Assembly (NCBI GenBank): GCA_963840145.1
Contig: CAWIXR010000005.1
Location: 94,094 to 158,093, forward strand
Source: an uncultured Chloroflexia bacterium
GTDB taxonomy: Bacteria > Chloroflexota > Limnocylindria > QHBO01
Direction: 5' to 3'
DNA: 64,000 nucleotides
The stretch's first letter is position 1, and the number at the start of each line of letters is the position of its first letter. This document shows, piece by piece, positions 1-8,651 of this stretch. The translations under genes and the position numbers were made by a program. The notes beneath the pieces are model-generated. The model was not told the origin of the DNA. It worked only from the letters and a program-made list of their open reading frames with translations, and searched no databases.

Positions 1-939
1 CTGCTGTGGACGGGCGAATGGAGGACCGATGCGCACCTCGCCTGCGCCCCGCTCCCCGCGGAGGTGCTCGAGGTCCTGCGCCGCCTGCCACCGTCCACCG
101 GCGCGATGGACGCGCTGCGCACCGCGATCTCGGCGTGGGGGGCGGTCAACGGGACGGAGTGGCCGCCGACCGTCGAGCAGGCTCGTGCCATCACCGCGGT
201 CGCACCCTCGGCGCTGGCCGCATTCGCGCGCCTGCGCGACGGCCTCGAGCCGATCGACCCCGACCCGTCGCTCGGCATGGCGGCCGGGTTCCTCCAGCAG
301 GTGCGTGGCGAGCCGCCGGACGAGGCATCGGCCCGGGCGCTCGATGCGTACTTCGTCGTCGGCGCCGAGCACGGCTTCAACGCTTCGACCTTCACGGCCC
401 GCGTGATCATCAGCACGCACTCGGACATCGCCTCGGCGGTGACCGGCGCGATCGGTGCGCTGAAGGGACCGTGGCACGGCGGCGCGCCGTCGGCGGTCGT
501 CGATCAGCTGCACGAGATGGGCTCCGTCGACCAGGCCGAGGCCTGGATCCGCGGAACCCTGGCGCGCGGTGAGCGGCTGATGGGCTTCGGCCACCGGGTG
601 TATCGCGCTTACGACCCGAGGGCGGCGGCCCTGCGCTCCGTGGCGGAGGGGATGGCCGGGGTCGCCGGCTGGCTCGACAAGGCGGTGGCGGTCGAGGAGA
701 TCGCGCTGCGCGTGCTCGCCGAGCACAAGCCGGACTACCCGATCAAGACGAACGTCGAGTACTACGCCGCCGCCGTGCTGCAGGGCGTCGGGCTCCCGCC
801 CAATCTGTTCCCGGCCACGTTCGCGCTGGCGCGCCACGCCGGCTGGACGGCGCACTGCCTCGAGCAGGCCGAGGCCAACGTCCTGATCCGCCCCGACGTG
901 CGGTACGTCGGGCCTGCCGAGCGGCACCTACCCGCCTAG
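1..939 (+). CDS. citrate synthase, 5'-truncated by the window edge
   Basis: The ORF (track start 64) stays open back to nt 1. The translation has the citrate synthase C-terminal signature GFGHRVY and conserved H/D catalytic residues. Confidence 0.85.
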   Translation: MLWTGEWRTDAHLACAPLPAEVLEVLRRLPPSTGAMDALRTAISAWGAVNGTEWPPTVEQARAITAVAPSALAAFARLRDGLEPIDPDPSLGMAAGFLQQVRGEPPDEASARALDAYFVVGAEHGFNASTFTARVIISTHSDIASAVTGAIGALKGPWHGGAPSAVVDQLHEMGSVDQAEAWIRGTLARGERLMGFGHRVYRAYDPRAAALRSVAEGMAGVAGWLDKAVAVEEIALRVLAEHKPDYPIKTNVEYYAAAVLQGVGLPPNLFPATFALARHAGWTAHCLEQAEANVLIRPDVRYVGPAERHLPA

Positions 940-2163
940 CCGCTCCTCGAGCAGGCGGCGTTCCGCCGGGTTTGCGACGAGCTCCAGCGCGCGCAGGTCC
1001 GAAACGCGGGCCTCATCGGTCCGGCCCTGGCGTCTGAGCAGCTCGCCGCGCGCGGCGTGAAAGAGGTGGTATCCGTCGAGGCGGTCCGCCAGCGGATCGA
1101 GGGCGGCGAGCCCGGCCTCCGGCCCGTCGCGCTCGGCGAGGGCGAGCGCTCGGTTCAGCCCGACCACCGGGGTCGGCTCGCGCCGATACAGCGCGTCGTA
1201 GAGCGGCACGATCTCGTCCCACGGCGTGGCGTCCCAGCTTGGCGCGCGGGCATGGGCCACGAGGATCGCGGCCTGGAGCTGGTAGCTGCCGGGCCGCTCC
1301 ATCGCCTCGGCCCGCTGGAGCAGCGACTCCGCCTCGCCGATCGCGGGCTGATCCCAGCGTGAGCGGTCCTGGTCGCGCAGCAGGACGATCGAGCCGTCGT
1401 CGCCGAAGCGCGCGTCGACGCGGGCGAGGTGCACGCGCATCAGGGCCAGCAGGCCGAGCACCTCGGGCTCGCCGGGCATGAGCCGGGCGACGAGCGAGGT
1501 GAGCCACTCGGCGTCGCGGGCAAGCTCGCGCCGCTCGGCGACGTCGCCGGACGTTGTCAGGTAGCCCTCGTTGAAGATGAGGTAGAGCACGCTGAGCACC
1601 TCGCCCAGGCGCGCCGGCAGCTCGGCGGCATCAGGCACGCGATAGGGGATGCCCGCGTCGCGGATCTTGCGCTTGGCCCGCACGAGGCGCTGCGCGATCG
1701 TCGCCTCGGGCACGAGGAAGGCCCGCGCGACGGCCGGCGTCTCGAGGCCGCCGATCGTGCGCAGCGTCAGCGCGACCTGCGCCTCCCGGCTCAGCGCGGG
1801 GTGGCAGCAGGTGAAGAGCAGCGGCAGGCGGTCGTCGGCCTCCATCGGCCCACCGGTCTCGACGCCGGCGTCGAAGGCGCTCGCCTCGCGCGTCAGCTCC
1901 GCCATCCGCTCGCGGTAGCGGGCCTGGCGTCGAAGCCGGTCGACCGCCTTGCGGCGCGCCGCGGTCATCAGCCACGCGCCGGGGTTGCGAGGGATGCCGT
2001 CGACGCTCCAGTGCTCGAGGGCGCTCACCGCCGCGTCCTGGACGAGCTCCTCGGCCAGGTCCCAGTCGCGCAGGATGCGCACCAGCGCGCCGGTGAGGCG
2101 GCCGCGCTCGTCGCGCAGAACCTCGGACAGGCGCGCGTCGACGGTGGCGCGGTCGGTGGTCAT
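928..2163 (-). CDS. ECF-type RNA polymerase sigma-70 family factor with long C-terminal (DUF6596-like) extension
   Basis: 411 aa. N-terminal sigma region 2/4 features (DxxLxQD, helix-turn-helix) plus a C-terminal TPR-like domain typical of ~400 aa ECF sigma factors. Confidence 0.7.
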   Translation of the reverse strand: MTTDRATVDARLSEVLRDERGRLTGALVRILRDWDLAEELVQDAAVSALEHWSVDGIPRNPGAWLMTAARRKAVDRLRRQARYRERMAELTREASAFDAGVETGGPMEADDRLPLLFTCCHPALSREAQVALTLRTIGGLETPAVARAFLVPEATIAQRLVRAKRKIRDAGIPYRVPDAAELPARLGEVLSVLYLIFNEGYLTTSGDVAERRELARDAEWLTSLVARLMPGEPEVLGLLALMRVHLARVDARFGDDGSIVLLRDQDRSRWDQPAIGEAESLLQRAEAMERPGSYQLQAAILVAHARAPSWDATPWDEIVPLYDALYRREPTPVVGLNRALALAERDGPEAGLAALDPLADRLDGYHLFHAARGELLRRQGRTDEARVSDLRALELVANPAERRLLEERLGG

Positions 2164-2174
2164 CGAGACCGATT

Positions 2175-3194
2175 GTGCCCGCGGACGAGATCGGCCGCTC
2201 GCGTCAGAATGCGGTGGTGACCTCTCCTGCCCGGCGGCCGCCGTCGACGGTCGCCGTCGTCGCCGCGCTCCTCACCGTCTACATCCTGTGGGGCTCGACC
2301 TACCTCGGCATCGCGGTGATGATCGAGACGATGCCGCCGCTGCTGGCGGCAGGCGCACGGTACGGCTCGGCCGGGCTGATCATGCTCGCGGTGCTGGTCG
2401 CCCACGCCCGACTGCGGCCGGGGGCATCCCTGGAGCGGCCGACCGCGATCCAGTGGCGCACCGCGGCGATTGTCGGGACGCTCTTGCTGCTCGGTGGCAA
2501 CGGCGGGGTCGTCCTCGGCGAGCTCTTCATCCCGACCGGCGTCGCCGCGGTCCTCGTCGCCACCGTGCCGATCTGGCTGGCGGTGTTCGACGCGGCCATC
2601 ACCCGCCGGCGGCCGGGTGGCCTCGTCATCGGCGGGCTCGTGGCCGGCATCGCCGGCGTCGCGGTGCTGCTCGTGCCCTTCGAGGGCTTCGGCAAGCTCG
2701 ACCCGCTCGGCATCGCGCTCGTGCTCGGCGGCGCGATCGCGTGGTCGCTCGGCTCGCTGTACGCCCGCTACAACCCGCTGCCGCGATCGGCACTGCTCGG
2801 CACCGGCATGGAGATGCTGCTCGGCGGCCTCGCGCTGATCGTCGGCGGCGTGCTGCTCGGCGAGGTCGGACGGACCGATGTCGCCGAGTTCTCGTCGGCA
2901 TCGGTCATCGCCTTCTTCTACCTCGTCGTCTTCGGCTCGATCGTGGCGTTCACCGCCTACACCTGGCTCCTCGCCAACGTGTCCGTCTCGACGGTGGCGA
3001 CGTACGCCTACGTCAACCCGATCGTGGCCGTGGCCCTCGGCGCCATCTTCTACGCGGAGCCGATCACGCCGCGCACCGTCATCGCGGCGGTCCTGATCAT
3101 CGGCGCGGTGGTGGCGATGGTCTCCGGACGGCCGCGCGAGACCGAGGAGCCGCGGCGGATCGCCGAGGGCGCAATCGAGCCCGACCGGGCCTGA
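2175..3194 (+). CDS. EamA/DMT family transporter
   Basis: 10-TM hydrophobic profile with duplicated EamA halves. The true start may be an internal GTG. Confidence 0.7.
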   Translation: MPADEIGRSRQNAVVTSPARRPPSTVAVVAALLTVYILWGSTYLGIAVMIETMPPLLAAGARYGSAGLIMLAVLVAHARLRPGASLERPTAIQWRTAAIVGTLLLLGGNGGVVLGELFIPTGVAAVLVATVPIWLAVFDAAITRRRPGGLVIGGLVAGIAGVAVLLVPFEGFGKLDPLGIALVLGGAIAWSLGSLYARYNPLPRSALLGTGMEMLLGGLALIVGGVLLGEVGRTDVAEFSSASVIAFFYLVVFGSIVAFTAYTWLLANVSVSTVATYAYVNPIVAVALGAIFYAEPITPRTVIAAVLIIGAVVAMVSGRPRETEEPRRIAEGAIEPDRA

Positions 3195-3228
3195 CCGATG
3201 GCACCGATCCTGCGCGTCCGCGCAGACC

Positions 3229-3514
3229 GATGACGGAGCCGATCGTCTCCTGCAGCCCCACCGAGTCCGGCTGGCATTGCACGGTGACGCTCGGGTCCGA
3301 TCCTGGCGCGACCGTCCACGAGGTGAGCGTCGACCGCGAGGTCCTCGACGACCTCGCGCCGGGCGCCACGCCCGAGGAGCTCGTCCGCGTGTCGTTCGCG
3401 TTCCTGCTGGAGCGCGAGCCGCGCGAGTCGATCATGCGGCAGTTCGAGCTCCCGATCATCGGCCGCTTCTTCGGCGACTACCGCGACGAGATGCTCCGCC
3501 GCATGCTCCCCTAG
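3229..3514 (+). CDS. hypothetical small protein
   Basis: ATG-initiated 95-aa ORF with coding-like composition. No recognisable domain. Confidence 0.4.
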
Positions 3515-3996
3515 GCCGGCGGCCGCGGGTGCATCGCCCGCGACCCGGCGACCCGCACCCGGTCGAAGCCCGACGGGAAGACGACGAGGTTCCAGGCATC
3601 GCCGAGCGCCGCGGACGGCACGATCAGCCCGTCGGCGCCCAGCTCCCGGGCCTTCCCCGACAGGCCCTGGGCCCGCGACCGCGCCCCGGTCAGCTGCCCA
3701 TCGGTGATTCCGAGCTGCTCGGCCAGCCCGGGACGCCGGAGATCGACGACGGCGAGGCCGTCGACCTCGATCCGCCACAGGCGACGGCGCTCGTCGGCCG
3801 GATCGATCGCCCCGCGCGTCGCCGTCTGCCACTCGGCCCAGACCGTCGCCGGCTCGAGCGACGCGTAGAGCGGCCACGGTTCGCCGGGCCGGTGGTAGCG
3901 CCCCTCGGTCGGCGCCGGCCGGTCTGGCGGCGTGGCCGGGATGTCGACGCCGGTCTGGCGGTGCGCCCGTCCGCTGAAGCGGCTGATCGGGTTCAG
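3511..3996 (-). CDS. RES-domain toxin (MbcT/ParT-like NAD+-targeting toxin) with a non-canonical start
   Basis: My minus-strand translation reads ...ISRFSGRAHRQTG...GRYHRPGEPWPLYASLEPATVWAEW...LIVPSAALGDAWNLVVFP..., matching the RES conserved R/Y/E/S segments. The stop overlaps the plus-strand gene at 3511. The first ~120 codons contain no ATG/GTG/TTG. A CTG at 3994-3996 forms a CTGA overlap with the antitoxin stop. Confidence 0.65.
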   Translation of the reverse strand: MNPISRFSGRAHRQTGVDIPATPPDRPAPTEGRYHRPGEPWPLYASLEPATVWAEWQTATRGAIDPADERRRLWRIEVDGLAVVDLRRPGLAEQLGITDGQLTGARSRAQGLSGKARELGADGLIVPSAALGDAWNLVVFPSGFDRVRVAGSRAMHPRPPA

Positions 3997-4319
3997 ACGT
4001 AGTCCCCAACGACGTACGACTCGGCGGCCGCGCGAACGGCGTCGAAGTCGCCATCGGCCAGGCGCTCGACCGGGCGAGCCCAGCGCAGGTGGACGTTCGG
4101 GGCCTCCAGCCAGGCGCGCTTGGCGGCATCGGTCATGCCGCGGCCGAGAAGGTCGAGGATCGCCTGGAGCTCGCCGATCCGGTCCCGATAGCGGGACTGC
4201 GGGGCCTGCCCGCTGCGCCAGCGCTCGGCGGTGCGGACGTTTGCGCCGGTCGCCCGCGCGATGAAGCGCGCCGGGAAGAGGCGCACGAGGCGCGGTGACG
4301 GTGCGGCACGAACGGTCAT
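3993..4319 (-). CDS. Xre-family antitoxin with DUF2384 (MbcA/ParS-like) toxin-binding domain
   Basis: 108 aa. The C-terminal ...AWLEAPNVHLRWARPVERLADGDFDAVRAAAES matches the DUF2384 consensus. It lies immediately upstream of the RES ORF. Confidence 0.7.
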   Translation of the reverse strand: MTVRAAPSPRLVRLFPARFIARATGANVRTAERWRSGQAPQSRYRDRIGELQAILDLLGRGMTDAAKRAWLEAPNVHLRWARPVERLADGDFDAVRAAAESYVVGDYV

Positions 4320-4331
4320 GGCGATAGGGTA

Positions 4332-4362
4332 ATGCCGGTAGAAATGCCGGTCAAGATGCCGG
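4332..4362. repeat. three direct ATGCCGG (minus strand CCGGCAT) repeats at 12-bp periodicity upstream of the TA operon
   Basis: ATGCCGG at 4332-38, 4344-50 and 4356-62. On the minus strand they sit 13-45 nt upstream of the antitoxin start codon (4319). Confidence 0.4.
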
Positions 4363-4670
4363 GATCACGGCGCGCCCCGACGTGGATAATGCCTGCCGTG
4401 AGCGAAGTGATGGTCCGGACCTACGCCGGCAAGAACCAGATGGACGCCGCGCGGCTGTACGCGGAGGACGCCCCAAACCTCGCGACCGAGGGCTGGGTCC
4501 CGGTCACCCAGGAATGGGTCGCCGACGAGTGGTCGTTCGCGGCGGTCGCCGTGGCGGCCCTGCTCGTCCTCGTCGGCATCGGGATCATCCTGCTGGCGGC
4601 GATGGCCGTCATCAAGCCGACGCGGACGCTCCTGGTCACGTATCGGCGGGAGACCGCGGCGGCGGCCTGA
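4332..4670 (+). CDS. hypothetical C-terminally membrane-anchored protein
   Basis: ORF with a C-terminal TM helix. The N-terminus as drawn overlaps the repeat array, so the true start is probably an internal ATG (~4389 or 4410). Confidence 0.4.
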   Translation: MPVEMPVKMPGSRRAPTWIMPAVSEVMVRTYAGKNQMDAARLYAEDAPNLATEGWVPVTQEWVADEWSFAAVAVAALLVLVGIGIILLAAMAVIKPTRTLLVTYRRETAAAA

Positions 4671-4679
4671 CGCGTCGGG

Positions 4680-4701
4680 GCTATCATCACCGTCCCATGA
4701 C
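4680..4701. promoter_or_regulatory. conserved 22-nt pre-start element GCTATCATCACCGTCCCATGAC
   Basis: Near-identical copy (21 of 22 nt) at 5446-5467. Both contain the start codon of an OFOR gene and a TATCAT -10-like hexamer 9 nt upstream of the ATG. Confidence 0.4.
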
Positions 4702-5002
4702 TGCCGAGCAGCCCGCGGCGTCGGGCCAGTCCGCCATCGGCTTCGGCTCCGGGATCAGCGACGATCACCGGGACGGCATCCGCTGGGTCGACTACACGAA
4801 CATCAGCTGGAACCCGGTCTTCTGCAAGCGCTGCGACATCTGCGTCGAGATCTGCCCGAAGGCGACGCTCGTCCTGCGCAACGATGCGATCATCGAGGAG
4901 GAGAACTGCATCCTCTGCGGCCTCTGTGAGCGCTACTGCCCGGACCTGGCCATCGAGATGATCCCGGAGGCGGTCACCGCCCACGCCGCAAAGGAGAAGT
5001 GA
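4697..5002 (+). CDS. 4Fe-4S dicluster ferredoxin, delta subunit of 2-oxoacid:ferredoxin oxidoreductase
   Basis: Two CxxCxxCxxxCP motifs. It lies immediately upstream of the OFOR alpha/beta/gamma genes. Confidence 0.8.
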   Translation: MTAEQPAASGQSAIGFGSGISDDHRDGIRWVDYTNISWNPVFCKRCDICVEICPKATLVLRNDAIIEEENCILCGLCERYCPDLAIEMIPEAVTAHAAKEK

Positions 5003-5439
5003 GCCGGCGCCTGATCGGCTACCCGACCGGCTGGACGCTGGCCGTTTTCGACGAGGCCGATGCGGCCGAGGCCGCCGGGGCCGAGCTCGCCGCATCCGGC
5101 ATCGCTGCCGACGACGTGATTCTGCTGGCGGGATCGGACGCCACCGAGCGGATGAGCCGGCTCGGTGCCTCGTCCGGCGTCAGCGCGCGGATGCGGCGCG
5201 CGATGCAGTTCATGACGATGGACCAGCTGCCCGACCTCCACGTCTACGAGCTTGCCCTGGAGGGCGGCCGCCCGGTGCTGGGCATCCGGATCGGCGACGG
5301 CGACCGGCGGCGCGCCGCCACCGAGGTGATCCGCCGCCACGGCGGGCACTTCGTGAACCGATTCGGCGCGTGGGCGACCGAGGAGATATCCCCGTGGCGT
5401 GGCGAGATGCCCAGGCTGCCGCAGCACATGCAGCGCTGA
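4999..5439 (+). CDS. hypothetical protein, YflT/general-stress-protein-like
   Basis: 146 aa. ATGA overlap with the ferredoxin stop. Weak resemblance to the YflT family. It is inserted between the OFOR delta and alpha genes. Confidence 0.45.
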   Translation: MSRRLIGYPTGWTLAVFDEADAAEAAGAELAASGIAADDVILLAGSDATERMSRLGASSGVSARMRRAMQFMTMDQLPDLHVYELALEGGRPVLGIRIGDGDRRRAATEVIRRHGGHFVNRFGAWATEEISPWRGEMPRLPQHMQR

Positions 5440-5462
5440 GCGGCCGCTATCATCGCCGTCCC

Positions 5463-6599
5463 ATGACCCGGAAGCTGACGCAGGGCAACGAGGCGGTCTT
5501 TCGCGGTGCGCTGGCCGCCGGCGCGAGCTACTACGCCGGCTACCCGATCAGCCCGTCCACCGAGATCCTCAACATCGCCTCGGGCCACGCTGCCGAGCAC
5601 CCCGAGTTCCGATTCCTCCAGGCGGAGGACGAGATCGCGTCGGCCAACGCCGTCATCGGCGCCTCGTTGGCGGGCGCGAAGTCGTTCACCGCGACCTCCG
5701 GCCCGGGCTTCAGCCTCATGCAGGAGGCGGTCGGCTACGCCCAGAAGGTCGGCGTGCCCTCGGTCTTCGTCAATGTCATGCGCGTCGGCCCGGCGACCGG
5801 GATGCCGACGATGCCCGGCCAGGGCGACATCATGCAGGTCAAGTGGGGCAGCACCGGCGACTACACCCCGCTCGCGTTCTACCCCAACGGCGTGGAAGAA
5901 GCGTTCCGCGTCACCGTCGACGCCTTCAACGCCGCCGAGGAGTCCCGCTCGCCGGTCGTCGTCCTGTCCGACACGTTCGTCGCGCACCTCAACGAGGTCG
6001 TCGACCTCGACGAGATCGCCGGCTCCGTCTCGGTCATCGACCGTTCGATGCCACCGCTCGGCGACTTCATCGATACGCCGCGCTTCTTCGCCGGCGTGCT
6101 GATGTACGAGCACGGGCCGAACGCGGGCGAGCCGGCCACGGCCGACGCGGACGAGTACCTGCGCCAGTTCTACGAGGCCAAGCACCGCCATCTCGAGGTC
6201 GCCGCGCGCTACGCGCAGTTCGAGCACGGATGGAACGTCGAGGCCGATGTCCTGGTCGTCTGCTACGGGATCGTCTCGCGTGTCGCGGCGCCGCTGCGCG
6301 ACGAGTTCGCCCTCTTCCGGCCGATCCGAATCTTCCCGATGCTCTCGGCCGAGCTGGCCGGCATTGCCGATCGGTACCGCGAGGTGGTCGTGGTGGAGGC
6401 GAACGACGGCCAGTACGCGGACCTCGTGGAGCTTGCGCTGCATCGGCCGGTCAAGCGCGTGCCGCTGCTCGGCGGCCGCATCTCGCTCGAGGCCGTGCGC
6501 GAGGGGATCGACCGCGTGCTGTCGGGTGGGCCATCGGAGCCTCCGATTCCGCCGCAGCCGGCGGAGCCCGGCCCGCGGGCGCCGCTGGGGGTGGGCTGA
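5463..6599 (+). CDS. 2-oxoacid:ferredoxin oxidoreductase alpha subunit (KorA/PorA-like)
   Basis: N-terminal GYPISPSTEI and a pyruvate-flavodoxin/ferredoxin oxidoreductase core. Confidence 0.85.
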   Translation: MTRKLTQGNEAVFRGALAAGASYYAGYPISPSTEILNIASGHAAEHPEFRFLQAEDEIASANAVIGASLAGAKSFTATSGPGFSLMQEAVGYAQKVGVPSVFVNVMRVGPATGMPTMPGQGDIMQVKWGSTGDYTPLAFYPNGVEEAFRVTVDAFNAAEESRSPVVVLSDTFVAHLNEVVDLDEIAGSVSVIDRSMPPLGDFIDTPRFFAGVLMYEHGPNAGEPATADADEYLRQFYEAKHRHLEVAARYAQFEHGWNVEADVLVVCYGIVSRVAAPLRDEFALFRPIRIFPMLSAELAGIADRYREVVVVEANDGQYADLVELALHRPVKRVPLLGGRISLEAVREGIDRVLSGGPSEPPIPPQPAEPGPRAPLGVG

Positions 6600-6613
6600 T
6601 GAGCGGTTGGCAG

Positions 6614-6629
6614 AGTATATACATATATA
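6614..6629. promoter_or_regulatory. GTATATACATATATAC element, copy 1 of 3
   Basis: Lies between the OFOR alpha stop (6599) and the beta start (6651). Confidence 0.4.
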
Positions 6630-6650
6630 CGCGGCCGCCGGAGACGCCAC

Positions 6651-8090
6651 ATGCCTGAGGCACCGATGGCCGAGATGACCTACAAGGATCGGCTCAAGGT
6701 CGACCTGTTCCCGACGATCTGGTGCCCGGGCTGCGGGATCGGCACGATCATGATGATGCTGGCGATGGTGCTCGACGAGATGAAGCTCGACGAGCGCAAC
6801 ACCGTCATCGTGACCGGGATCGGCTGCACCGGCCGGATGGGCGGCTACCTCAAGCACGAGGCCGTCTACACCCTCCACGGCCGCACGCTGCCGGTCGCCG
6901 AGGCGATCAAGGCAGTCAGGCCGGAGATGAACGTCATCGTCGTGGCCGGCGACGGCGACACGGCCAGCATCGGCGGCAACCACCTGATCCACAGCATCAG
7001 GCGCAACGCGCCGGTCACGGTGCTCTGCAACAACAACGAGATCTACGGCCTCACCGGCGGTCAGACCGGGCCGACGACGCCGACCGGCACGAAGACCCTC
7101 TCGAGCCCCGGCGGCAACCCGAACACCCCGATCAACCTCCAGGGCCTCGTCCGGTCCTCGCCACATGCGCTCTACGCGAAGACGACGGTCTACCACCAGC
7201 TGCACATGCGCAACGTGATCGCCGAAGCGATCGAGTGGCCCGGCTTCAGCTTCGTCGACATCACCAGCCAGTGCATCGAGAACAACGGGCGGCGCATCGG
7301 CTTCGCGAGCGCGAACGAGATGCTCACGTTCTACCGCAAGACCTACAAGCGCGCGCCGAAGGACGCAACGCAGCTCAACGCCTTCGAGATCGGCGTCGTC
7401 TATCCGGCGGCGCACCCGGAGAGCAACGGGAACGGCCATCATCCGGCGTCACTCCCTGACCAGCCCGCCGGACCGATGACGTCCGCCACCGAGTCGCCCG
7501 GCGAGGGCGGCGCCACGGCGCCCGAGGCGGCGACGGCCGTCGTCGAGCGACCACCGGCGACCGATGACGAGAAGGCGCGCAAGCGCGCCGAGGCCCAGGA
7601 GAAGGCGGCGCTCATGGCGAAGCTGTCGCCCGAGATCAAGGTCCGCCTCGCGAAGAAGGAGCTGACCCTCGCGCAGGCACTGGCCGATGCCGGCGTGGAG
7701 ATCCCCGAGTCGATGCGGACGGGCGCATCGGCGCCGGATGACGTGGCCCAGCCCGCCGGCGTGGTCGAGACGTCAGCGAGCGGCACAGATCCACACTCGG
7801 AGGCGAAGTCGGAGCTCGATGCGCAGAAGGCGGAGGCGGCCGCGGAGGCGCGCGACCTCGTCGGCGGCCAGCCCGGCGGCGACACCCAGCCGGTCGCGCC
7901 GCGGACCGTGGAGGATGCGGCGCCCGCATCGGTCAGTCCGCCTGCCGATCCGGCCGAGGCCAAGAAGGCCGAGGCGCAGCGCAAGCTGGCGATCATGCAG
8001 AAGCTGCCGTCCGAGCTGAAGCTGCGGGTCGCCAAGCGCGAGATCAGCCTGGAGGACGCGATGCGCGAGGCCGGCGTCGAGCCCGAATGA
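6651..8090 (+). CDS. 2-oxoacid:ferredoxin oxidoreductase beta subunit (TPP-binding) with ~220-aa Ala/Glu/Lys-rich C-terminal extension
   Basis: WCPGCG... GDG TPP-binding core in the first ~260 aa. It is followed by a low-complexity tail carrying two ~45-aa repeats. Confidence 0.8.
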   Translation: MPEAPMAEMTYKDRLKVDLFPTIWCPGCGIGTIMMMLAMVLDEMKLDERNTVIVTGIGCTGRMGGYLKHEAVYTLHGRTLPVAEAIKAVRPEMNVIVVAGDGDTASIGGNHLIHSIRRNAPVTVLCNNNEIYGLTGGQTGPTTPTGTKTLSSPGGNPNTPINLQGLVRSSPHALYAKTTVYHQLHMRNVIAEAIEWPGFSFVDITSQCIENNGRRIGFASANEMLTFYRKTYKRAPKDATQLNAFEIGVVYPAAHPESNGNGHHPASLPDQPAGPMTSATESPGEGGATAPEAATAVVERPPATDDEKARKRAEAQEKAALMAKLSPEIKVRLAKKELTLAQALADAGVEIPESMRTGASAPDDVAQPAGVVETSASGTDPHSEAKSELDAQKAEAAAEARDLVGGQPGGDTQPVAPRTVEDAAPASVSPPADPAEAKKAEAQRKLAIMQKLPSELKLRVAKREISLEDAMREAGVEPE

Positions 8091-8641
8091 GCACGAAGAT
8101 CGCGCTGGACGGGGTCGGCGGGCAGGGCGTGCGGCTGATCGCCGGCGTCATGGGCGCGCTGCTGGCCCGGATGGGCAAGGAAGTCACCGTGCTGTTCGAC
8201 TACGACTCGAGCGTGCGCGGCAGCATGAGCGACGCGTTCCTGATCTTCGACGACCAGCCGATCGCGAATCCCGTCGTCGAGGAGGCCGACATCATGCTGA
8301 AGCTCGCCGACAAGGGGCACCTGCGCATCAGCGGGCGCAAGGTCGTCGCCGACCTGGGCCTCGATGTCCCCGGTGCCGAGCAGATCCCGTTCGCCTCGCT
8401 CGGGTCGCAGCACTTCGGCAAGGAGCTTTTCGGCAACATGATCGCGCTCGGTCGGCTGCTGAGGCTGGCGCAGATCGACTGGGACGACGAGGCCATTCGC
8501 GAGTCGCTGCCGCGCCGCTACGTCGACGAGAACCTCGCCGCCATCCGGTTCGGCTACGACCTGACCGATGACGAGATCGCGCGCCTGGCCGCCGCGGCTC
8601 CGCCGAGCCGCTTCCAGATGAACACCGCGGCCACCAGCTAG
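8087..8641 (+). CDS. 2-oxoacid:ferredoxin oxidoreductase gamma subunit
   Basis: ATGA overlap with the beta subunit. Has the LDGVGGQG motif of Por/Kor gamma subunits. Confidence 0.8.
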   Translation: MSTKIALDGVGGQGVRLIAGVMGALLARMGKEVTVLFDYDSSVRGSMSDAFLIFDDQPIANPVVEEADIMLKLADKGHLRISGRKVVADLGLDVPGAEQIPFASLGSQHFGKELFGNMIALGRLLRLAQIDWDDEAIRESLPRRYVDENLAAIRFGYDLTDDEIARLAAAAPPSRFQMNTAATS

Positions 8642-8651
8642 GGCCCGATCG

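Noticed and set aside
3050-4129. 359-aa minus-strand ORF covering the RES/antitoxin region
   Set aside because: Wrong frame. The RES and DUF2384 homology lies in the other two minus frames. This frame gives only Arg/Pro/Gly-rich sequence.
6601-6660. Tyr/Ile-rich peptides (YIYIY, YMYI) in several ORF translations
   Set aside because: These are simply translations of the GTATATAC-type DNA element, not protein motifs.
5244-7442. 732-aa minus-strand ORF opposite OFOR alpha/beta, and many other long antisense or alternate-frame ORFs (9713-11275 -, 13622-15289 -, 23311-24873 +, 24414-26099 +, 29067-30935 -, 48864-51209 -, 62649-63962 -)
   Set aside because: All overlap genes with strong homology on the other strand or frame. 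They show low-complexity composition and have no start or RBS context.
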